This document shows, one piece after another, positions 51,601 through 62,864 of a DNA stretch of 64,000 bases (the stretch's first letter is position 1; every line of letters begins with the position of its first letter). The stretch spans positions 135,036,001-135,100,000 of the forward strand of contig OX597814.1 in NCBI GenBank assembly GCA_951406725.2, read 5' to 3'. The notes beneath the pieces were generated by a model. That model did no database searches. It was not told the DNA's origin and worked only from the letters and a program-made list of their open reading frames with translations. The stretch is from Octopus vulgaris. Its lineage: Eukaryota. The translations under genes and the position numbers were made by a program.

Positions 51601-54600
51601 TGGCAAGGTAAAGCTTTGATAATAAATTAAACTTAACAAATGCTGTTTTGTTAATTATAAAACAAAAACAAAAGGTGTTTATATACCCGGGTCTGAAATG
51701 CAGACAACAAGTAGTTTATTTAACACACCACCCTTAAATATTACATTTAATACATGCCAACAAAGGTGCTTCAATGTGCTAGAAATAGCAACCAATTTTC
51801 CCTTGGATCACACTTTACCATTTAAAACAAAAATAGGAGACACTAGCTAAATGCTGAAAATAATAAAGAATGATCATGATTGGAATGTTTTTTGATCATT
51901 AGTCTACTAAATCAAACTGGACTTGGGGTTAAACAACAACAGCAATCACATTTGGTAATCAATAATAAATAAAAAAAATTCTTAATCTCTTAATACAAGA
52001 TACACAAGTCAACAAATTAGATTCTACATGATCATTCAAGCTGCTAGAAACAGCAGCTATATCTACACACCAAATCACCTTATGCATGACATGACAAAGA
52101 TAATATCCTACATACCTCTAAAAATACAATATAGCCACAGATAGAATGTCTTTGAACAAAAGTCTGCACAATTAAGGGTAATCTGAGGCTAAACAACAAG
52201 GTACATTCTGAGCTAACAACAAAGGATCTAAAAGCTTGCTAGACATGCTAAAAATAGCAGCAAAATCTCATTCAAATCACAAACGACTGTCTTAAAAAAA
52301 GGACACACTGGAAAAATTAGTCCCTGATTTACAAAAGAGATGGGAACATAACAGATTTGTGTGATCAAAGCAGACTTCAAGCTAAACAAGATTCAGTTTA
52401 TTTCTGATATTTATTTTATTCAAGTTGTACCTAACAGCTGATCTGTCCACAAGCATTCATAGTGTTAGTACAGTTGTGTGTGTGTGTTGTGTTTGTCCCT
52501 TATTTCTGCTTGACAACGGGAACTGGTTTGTTTGTGCCCCACCACCCAACATAGCAGTTCAGCAAAAGACACCTATAGAATAAGTATCAGGTTTAAAAAA
52601 GTAAGTACTGGGAGTGATTTGTTTGACTAACCCCTTGAAGGCAGCGCACCAACAGGGTCACAGTTCAACAACTAAAACAAGATATGTATATTGTTATTTT
52701 TTATCTTTTACTTGTTTCAGTTATTAGACTGCATCCTTCAAAACTTCCATGCTTCCTGAGATTTGCCAACACTACACCTGATTTTCTCCCCTCCATACAC
52801 ACGCAAGCATGTATCTGACTCATACACTGTTCACTTCCCAGACATTTGTACATTACTGCATATGCTTTATATGCACTTTTGACAAGTTGTGGTGCACCTG
52901 AGCACTGTATACAATAATTTCATTATTATTATGTGTGAAATGGAAATGGAATCAGTTGATAGCTACATAGACTAAGGTAAAGTAATGTGAAGCCTGGTTG
53001 TCTGAGAGCACAACTGTATGACTGCAACAAATTATGTAATCATGACTATTAATCTTAAAACACACACACAGATATGAATACAAATATCTTTTTTCATCAA
53101 TATATGACAATGATGCAATTAGTGGAATAATCACACAATTAACAGACAATAAGAATCTTCGAAATGGTACTGACCTACACACATTAAAACTGTGTGGGGC
53201 TCAAGAGGGAGCCTTTATGTGGCTGTTCAATCTGCTAAAAATGACAGCCAAATGCCCCACAAATTGCATTCCACCAGCTTAAAAAAGGAACACGTTGAAT
53301 AATGTAGTTTCAAATACACTGCATCTGGTGGGGGGATGGAATGGTTAAGACTACTTAAAGAGATTTTTAATTCCTGATCTTTTGGACCAGGGTGATCTGG
53401 GACTAAACAACAAATTCATGATGAGTGTCAGCCTCCATAGCTAAGAGCCAACCTCCCCTTGCTCGAATACAAAATAATAAAGATATATAATTGAGTTTCA
53501 GCTTCAAAGACATGATGACAATTCCACCACTACCACTACTACCAGAACCATATCATCATCATCCTCATCATTAACATCATCAGTTTTATTTGTATGTTGT
53601 TTTTTTCCCCACTGTTAAATGCAGCCTGATAAGAGAAAATTTGATTAAAGTACCAAAACTAGTTATTTCCAAAACAAAAAAAAGCGATCACTTACCAACC
53701 TCTCAATACCTAGGAGAGGAGGGAGGGTCATCTGGTGAAAAATTAATGCCACTGGGCATGCGGTATATATTGTGTTAGTATGATATTATGGAGTAAAGTG
53801 TATATAGTATCAGTGACTATGGGTTTTAAATATTTCTGATGATAAAATGAGCATATTTCCTTTCAATAAATATATTGAGTGTGTGTGTGTATATGTGTAA
53901 TTATATATTTATATATATGTATGTAATATAAATGAGCGTGCAAGTATATGTATGTATATGTAAGTGTATGTGTATATATGTATATCTATACACACACATA
54001 AACACATAAATATATACATATACATGTACATATATATATACATACATATTTATATATAGATACACATCTGTATGTACATATTTATATCTATATATATATA
54101 CTGGATGCAATATTACCTCTTTGTCTTCAAAAGCTTTCTTCCCAGACTCCAGTTCTCCAGCTTTAATTTCCAGATTTTTCCTCACTTCTTCCAACTGGGT
54201 CTCTACTTGACATTTGTCTTCACAAGTTGCATTATGTTTCTCAGTCAGTTCTGAAATCTGTAAATGTACACAGACTAACTTTTATATCTAGAAATTCTTG
54301 CCTTGAACAGATATAATACTTATGTATCATAAATAGTAGATATAGTACTGTTATGTCACAAGTTCAGGACAAACAGTATTGCAGTGTGATATCTCCTGGA
54401 TATACAGTATTATTGAGTCATATCTCTAGCAGTTAGTGTTGCTGTGTCATACCTCTTGCAGGTACTATACTGCTGTGTCATATCTGTAGCAGATATATTG
54501 CTGTCTCACATCTCTACCAGATACAGTTCTATGGTGATATATCGCACATTGATATACCAGAGCACTAGTCACCACATCTCTAGCATGTATGACACATATT

Positions 54601-57600
54601 ATTTTTGATAATATTATGCTAACCAATATCATATAAATATAGTCTTGTTGTAACAAATCTCTAACAGATAAAATAGTACTATGTTACATCTGAAACAAAT
54701 ATAACATTCAGCCATATCTTTAACTTTATACAACATTTATGTCGTTGTTGTAGAGAGGAAATGCTTGAATAGATAAGGTATTGCACTGCCAGCTAAGAAG
54801 GCTTTTGTTCAAATCCACTGCAGGTATTTCATTATGAGTCTTAATATGTGCTTCTGTTCATCTCACCACAGTGAATATATCTGAAACTGCTACAAAAGAC
54901 AAACATCACATCTAAGAGAAGGCTTATTTGTGTAATGCCATGAATATAATTTTTGAATGTATCAGAATTCTTTAACTTTTTCTCATTTGATTTGGGATTA
55001 AATACCTTACATGAGAGAAGGTATATGGTCTAGTGGCTAATCATCTGGCTCTCAATCATAAGATTGTGGGTTTGATTCTTCATCTAGGGGTTATGTTGTA
55101 TCTTTGGGCAAGACTCTTTACTTCCCATTGTTTCAGTTCACTCAGCTAGCAAAGTAAGTATTAAGACTGGCAGTGTTTGGTCAGTGTCAAGTAAGTGTAC
55201 AGCATTAACAAATCAGTGGTATGACCAAAATCCATCAGTTATGAAGAGGGATATGTCCAGGAGTGGACTACTATATATTATCTATTTTCACCTTGTCTGA
55301 ATTCAGAAGATTTTATAAAGGACTGAATGTTAATGAGTGAACAAATAAATTATTGATAAATATAGTAAAATACCATGGGAGTTGATAATCATCAGTAATT
55401 TGTGTACAGAAAATTGAGAAATGATTGGAAGGTGAAATATAAAAAAAAAGTCTTTTGATGTAAAATTCTATCATCAAGAGAGCCTTACTTTTGCAAGGCT
55501 TTATCATACTCCAAGAATATTGTTTCTAGAAGTAAAGTCGTAACATTAAAACAATGTTTATTTTTTAGAATAATACAGTTTGAGATTTGTAATTAAATAG
55601 TGGAGTGTAGTTTGGGTTATGTGTGATATGTGGACAAGCTAACCCTTTAGCATTCAAACTAGCCATATCTGGCTCAAATATTCTACTTGTTTTATGCTTA
55701 AACCATCCAAATCTGGCCTCTCACCCTTACCCTACAATGTTATTCTAAAAATAAACAATTACATGACTAAAATCTTAAAGCTATGAGACAAAGTATGATT
55801 AATTCAAAACAATGTGAATAAATAAGCATTACATTTGACAGAATAATTTGAATGCTCAAGGATTAAATTAATCTTTTATTTGGATTTCTTTGTGTTGAAG
55901 TTGAATAAAGCTGAGATGAGTTACAGTTCAGATAGTAGTAAATTGTTTTTTTATTTAATTAATTAATTGTTATTTCTGCTTAGAGTTCATTTGTATTTGC
56001 CTTAAGCTTGTAGCTGTCTGTGGTACAATTAAAGTTTGTAGCTTATAGTTGAACAGAGTCCATAGTAAGTATAGCTGTTTAGGACATAGCTTCAAAGTAC
56101 CCAAAATAATTCGGCATTATAGAGTAGACCAATTAACCTGTCACATTAAAAGAAGATAATATTGAAGAAATAATATGCTGAATATTGATTTTAAAATAAC
56201 GTTCAGTACTAATTGATTTTTAAATGGCCCTCTTTTATACTTTTACATGCATAGATAGAAATTCCAGAAGAAAACAGTTGTGATAAAGAGATATTAAATA
56301 AAAAAAAAAACCCAAAAAGATGGATGCAAAACTTTTTTTTTCTTAATCTTTAATCTCTTCATGCTATCATGATTGATAAATTAGGACATTTTCTTATGAC
56401 TTAGAGAAAATGCTTTTGTAATGACGCTTTTCTAACCAATAACTACTCAGCTAAGTGAGAAGAATGCTTAATTTCAGTAGAACCACCTGAAGAAATTAGA
56501 ATTATTGCATTTATTTGTATATAATATGCAATCATATATAATGTGTACACATAAATATAGGCAATCAAATCTCAGAACTTGTAGCCAATGCATAGAAAAT
56601 AAAATATGTGCAGAAAAAGTTTGTTGTGTAAAATAATGTTTTAATTAAAAACTGTATAATAAGTATGCACATACTTTGGTCACAAAAAAAAGATTGCACA
56701 AAATGAGATTTTCCTGTACAATGATTACTGATTTTTCTTTGGTAGTACAATGTGTAGGAAAAAGAGTGTCTAGTCAAATTTATAATACCTGTTCAACCAG
56801 CTGATAGGGACTAAACAACAATAACAATACTTATGTACCATCAACTCTATAGTGAGAAATTTCTGTTATGCACAAATTGCATATGGCCAATAAAGAACAA
56901 AGGTGAATAGATAGAAAAGTATTAAATAAAGATGTATATTTGCAGTTTTAGAAACCAGTGTTTCATGAATAAGACAACTGATAGCTTTTGAAAGGGGAAA
57001 CAATGAATTTAACAGTATTAGTAATGTTAGTAACAGTAGCAGCATTAGCAGTAGTAGTAGTAGTTGTATTAGCAGTTACTGCAGATTGAATATGGGTTGT
57101 TTAGTAATAAAATATTGAATATTATACTTTTAATCACTCTGTAATAGTATTCTGTTGAATAAAATGTGTAGTTTGGACTATATTTAATGTCACTTACAGC
57201 AATTTGTGGTCAAACCAAATATTGTTCTGCAAGAACAGTGGATAACTGGAAGATTTCCAGTTTGCAACTAATTGCATCTATCCTAAATTCGAGAGCAAAC
57301 TGATTATTCTCTTCAACATATAAAGGAAGTCTTTATATTTAGAAATTACTTATAGAAATCAGTTGAAACTTTAAGTTCAACTAATGAATTGTACTTTAGG
57401 CTTGCAAGTCTAAGGATTCTGCCAAGGTGTTCTTTACAGTTTATGTCTGTGCAATATATTGTAGCAGAAATAGTCACAGAATCTGTGCTTTTAGACTTTG
57501 TTCTAATTTGGGAGAAAATTTATTATTTAACTAGTGTTCTAATTGAAGTCATGCTTTTAAAGAAAGTAACAGGCATGGCTGTGTGGTAAGAAGCTTGCTT

Positions 57601-60600
57601 CCCAACAACATGCTGGGTTTAGTCCCACTGCATGGCACCTGGGGCAAATGTCTTCTACTGCAGCCTCAGACCCACCAAAGCCTTGTGAGTGGATTTGGTA
57701 GACAAAAAATGAAAGAGGCCTGTTGTATATGTATATATCTATGTGTGTGTGTGTACTTTTGTGTCTGTGTTTGTCCCTCCATCACTGTTTGACAACTGGT
57801 GTTGTGTTTATGTCCACATAAGTTAGTAGTTTGGCAAAAGAGACCGATAGACTAAGTACTAGGCTTAAAAAAAATCCTGAGGTTGATTTGATTGACTAAA
57901 ACACTTCAAGGTGGTGCTCTAGCATGACTGCAGTCAAATGACTGAAACATGCAAAAGAATAAAAGAATATGTCTATTTATCTACATTGTAGACCATACAG
58001 CAATACTGTATTGTAGGATATACTTCTTGGATGTAAAGTGAATGAGTAGCAACAAAATCAGCCTAAACTTGTGATATGGCTGTTAGAACATACTTTGTCT
58101 TCACATAAAAGAATATCACAGCAATAATGGAATGTTTCAATTATTTACATGAACATAGTTCCATTCACTTCAAATAACTTTGATTACAAATATACAAACA
58201 TCCTGACAGGTTATTAGGTTGTTATAACATTTTGTAAATCCTAACATGTCTTAAACTCATGTTAGGATTTAGACACAAGAATAGTTAATGAAAAAATGAG
58301 CAGTTACTATCAGCTTAAATAGCTTGCTAATTATGCAAAGCTATCTGTATTAGGCTGCTTTTTCTAGACCTGGGAACATGTAGTTTTAGTACTCAAGACA
58401 ATAAGGATAGTTTTGTTGTTCTCACATGTGATTTAATTTGATTGATTTCTCAGTAAAATTAGGTTTTTCTAAAAGATGTTTTCTGGAATGACCAAGTATG
58501 CCCCTTAAATATGAGAGAAAATTGGCAAGAACAATTTTTAATTTTTAAGTTAATATTCTTGTATAAATATTAAGACTGCAAGCATATGTAATAATTTCTT
58601 AAGCAAGCATAAAGCTTCAGATTTATAAAAAAAAATATAAATTTTAATGTGTCATATTTTCCCACTGGACACAAACCATGTTAAAGAAATACAAGAAAAA
58701 GTTTGTCTGTTTAGCTCCCTCTCTTTTACACGAGCATGCACGCACGCACATACTATGATAAAAAATTTTTTTCAATATGGTAGCTCTCAGCAGCTACATA
58801 TCTCCCAACTGTGTATCAACTACATTTTCTACATCCCAAATTTATCATCATATTTCAAAATTCGAGTATATGTGGGATTGATTGATAGCTTGATATGAAC
58901 TTTGCATATTTAAAGCTATGCAACAATATTTAAAATACTCAACATCTCCTTGGTCTAGCAATAAATATTCCGTTTCTGATAAATATGCTTTGTCATTCAG
59001 CACAACCATTATCAACATTCCAACATCAACTACAAACATAGATATATTTACTAACACCATCACACACATTCATTTATTCGTATCTCAAATAAAATAAAGT
59101 AATAAATCAAGTTCCAGATACAACTTTTTTTTTCACACTTCACTATATCTCACTTCATTCTTTATATTATGTTAAAAATAATTTTAAATGGTTTTTCTTT
59201 TAAAACCAATTCTTCTTTAAAACATTATGAACATTTGATCTTATTTGTATTTAGGTTTGGATTTTACAAATTTTATTTTAAATCGTCTAGAGATAAGTTG
59301 ATAAATAGAAACTTCCATTGACACATGATATTTGTGTTGACCATCATAATATAAACTTGAACATTCTTCATTTTAAATTAAATAAATTCTCTGTATTTAA
59401 TTGACAGTATGTTTGCAAATAGTGCTGAAAATATGAAAAAGGGTAAAAGTAATGTAGAAGAATATTAGCAAAATAGCCTACACCAGTGAGATTAAGTATA
59501 TATGTTGGGGAGAGGGACATGCATAAGAAGCAAGCAAAGTTACAACTGAAGCATAGACAGCAATAGGCCAATGCAGTGCATTTGAGCAAAGCAGAAAACC
59601 TTTATTTGATATAACAAGTTACTTACCTGTTTCTCCAGTTCCTTTTGAATTGACAATGCCTTCTCCAGCCTTTGTGCCAATTCTTTATTATTCTTCTCAC
59701 TACTTTGCTGAAGCTGCAACATATATGTACACATTAGTTGAATGACTAATGAGTGACAAGATTTGCAATTGTTTGTGGAAAGGTGAATGAGTTGTGTCAT
59801 GTTACATGGGTATTGGCATCATAATTTGAATGATGTTATAATAAATGAGTGATGTGGTAGTCAATAGCATTATGTCAACAGCAATATGAACAGCAATTTG
59901 CAATAGCAATATGAATTAATAGCTGCTCAACTGACAATGGTTTTATTAATAATTTGATATTTGCTACTCAGAAAAATATTTTGAGTCTACTTCCCTACAT
60001 CATAAGAATCATGCCTTCTGGGTTTCTTATCTCTCATCCCAGAACCTGTTATTATTCACAGTCTTCAACAGTTGAGGATGATGCCCTTTTGAATTCCTTT
60101 TACTCCAATGTATTCTTGCCCCTATTTAACATTCATGATTTGAAACTGCTGTGCTAATTATATCAGAAAGGGCACTGGTCTTTCAGAAAAAAATGAGAAA
60201 GGGTGAAAGGAAGGTAATGAGAAAAATAAAAGAAAAAAGAAAATTAAGAGTTGTATCCCTTCAGCCCATTTGATTCAGAATTAATATGGTTGGTATAATT
60301 AAATGGGAATGCCAAAGTTAGTAAAGCTGCATGCTTAATCTGGAGAGGATGGTGTTTTCCAGTTCAATAAAAGAAACTTGTATAGAATTTAGGAGGTCAG
60401 TAGAGTTCTTCAATCTAAAAGTATGAGCTCTTTCAGCTAAATAAAGCCTGCATCTCTTTGATTCATTAATTCATTCCACAATGCCCACATTGATGGTACA
60501 TGGTGTGCATTTAACCTTCAGGTCCCAGATATGGCTAGCTAACTTTGTGGCCTTCTGTTTCCTCATACATTTTGATGATTTAATTACAATTATGTTGAAA

Positions 60601-62620
60601 AAAACCCCAAAAAAACAACGAACTTTTGATACTCATGTGATTCTTGCTATTTTTAGCATACTAAACGACCATGTAGAGGATGAACAAATAACCTTTGAAT
60701 TTGTTTGAAAGAGAGAAATTAAAATTGTAATAAAGTAATGAAATAAATATATTGAATGAAAAAACAAAAACTCACTTTTTCTAATGTTTTTGCCAAATTG
60801 TTACATTTCAATGAGCTTTCTTCTAAATTTTTTTTCGTAGTATCAAAGAGCTTTTCAATATTTTCAGAATCTTTATTTTTCTGTTCAAGTGTATTTATCT
60901 AAAAAAAGAAATGCGATGATATAATATTTACAATGAAAGAATAATTAAGTAAATGAATATGCATGTTGTCATGATCAATGGTAAAAGTGAGGCTTTGGTT
61001 ATTAAATGTACAATTATTATGCTTATTGGCTAGATCATCCCTGTGGATCTATCCTTGATGAATACATAGGTGCAGGCATGGCTGTGAAGTTAAGAAGCCA
61101 TGACCAACATTGACCAACATGTAAATCATGTAATATTAGTAAGTGAGAAAAGCTTTGCTTTGCTAAACATACATTGAAAGGATAAATTTGGATTTTAGCT
61201 GTTTATAGATTTCAATAAGAATACAAGAAATATATTTCTCTTTCTTGAAATTTTTGCACATAAAAGATATAAAGATAACATATTTCACTCATATGCAAAG
61301 TTACCACTTACACTGGAATTCAGTTCTGCTGATAAGGTAGCAATTCTGGCTTCAGATTTTTCAAGCTTTTCTCTCAAGGAACTATTTTCTTTAATATTTG
61401 CTTCATTTGTCTACAATAAATTCAAGAAACAGCTTTTCTTAATGATGTATTCAACTTATATACAAATAAATTATCTATTTCAATTTTGATTGATTTATTA
61501 ACACTAAAGAGAAACACAAGTATAGAGCATTATTATTATCAAGGATAACATTTAAGAATTCTCAAGTTAATTCTCGGGGTTGTAGTAGTTAAATAAACTT
61601 TTATAAATTAAGGCCCCTGTAAGGGGTATAAAAGATGAGTTAAAGCTAAAGGAAAACTTGAGATGAAATAGTTTTCTTTTCAGACATTAGACTTGAAATT
61701 TAAGCTTCAGAAATGAGATTACAACAGGCTAGGGACAACAAAGGAATAATCTGCTTTGTGTTATAAATAATCTTTGTTGTTGGCAGCAAACTGCATCCAG
61801 TAGTGTCATTTCACCTTGTCCATTTTCACCCTTCCAACATTGACAGGACAACCAGTCAAAAGCTTGGGGAAAGTCTTTGACAGCAGACTGGAGAATACTG
61901 TTTCCATTTATAGAACTAGCAAAACGTCTTGAGAACTGGCTTATCAGAGTTGACAAATGGATTGCTCAGCCTCTTCAATGCTTGGGTATAACAGCATGCC
62001 ATTCTGCTCAAGATTTTGTGGCCTCAGCCATTATATGTCGGCATGTCAACTCTGGAAATCCTGCAGAGGAAGATGAACAGATTTTCGAGGAGGTGGCTTG
62101 GCTTAGCAAGGAGCCTGTATGAGTCAACCAAGATCTTATGACTCCCATTCAGCAAACTTCCAGAGGGCTAACATGCCGTACTGAGATCCAGCATATTAGA
62201 TTTTCAGATTTCTAACCAAGGCTGTCTACAACAATTTACCAAGTGCATCCACAAGATGTCTCTTAAAACTGAATATATGTTAATATTTATACGAGACAGT
62301 ATTACTGATCTTTTTCAGTTAATTTTACCAATTGATTTCACACACAAGTTAGGAGATAATTCAAGATGGTACTCATCAGAAAGGCTGGCGTAAAGAATAT
62401 GGCCATACTTTGCATGCCAGCCCCTCTGATGAGCATTGCCTTAGTTTTCCTTTAATTTGTATGTGAAACCAATTGGTAAAAATCAACTATAATGGATCTA
62501 TAATACTGTAAAAGATAAATGATATACTCACTCTATTGATAAATATACGAGTGCCTGTTTTTTTCTGATTAATGGATTCTTACATGACCTATGTGTGTGT
62601 GTGTGTGTGTGTTTCATATA

Positions 62621-62671
<51 letters not shown>

Positions 62672-62786
62672 TCAAAATGGAGATAAATACCATTTCTCCA
62701 TGTGATCGGCTTGAAAAACTGCTAAGATATTAAGATACTTTTTCTTAACATGAAACCAATGGTAGCCTTAATATACAAATAAAGAA

Positions 62787-62864
<78 letters not shown>

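Larger units (their letters stand above)
50395..53412 (+). repeat. Cluster of about six same-orientation copies of a roughly 190-bp dispersed repeat
   Basis: Motifs ctagaaatagcagc, aaatcacac, ggaatgcctttgatcatag and ggctaaacaac recur near 50395, 50560, 51775, 52040, 52236 and 53215; opposite-orientation copies near 1960, 2835, 48655 and 63040. Confidence 0.7.

Noticed and set aside
61730-62260. GC-richer stretch with short ORFs inside an EEA1 intron
   Set aside because: No coiled-coil character or compatible splice sites; probably an old LINE remnant that could not be classified.
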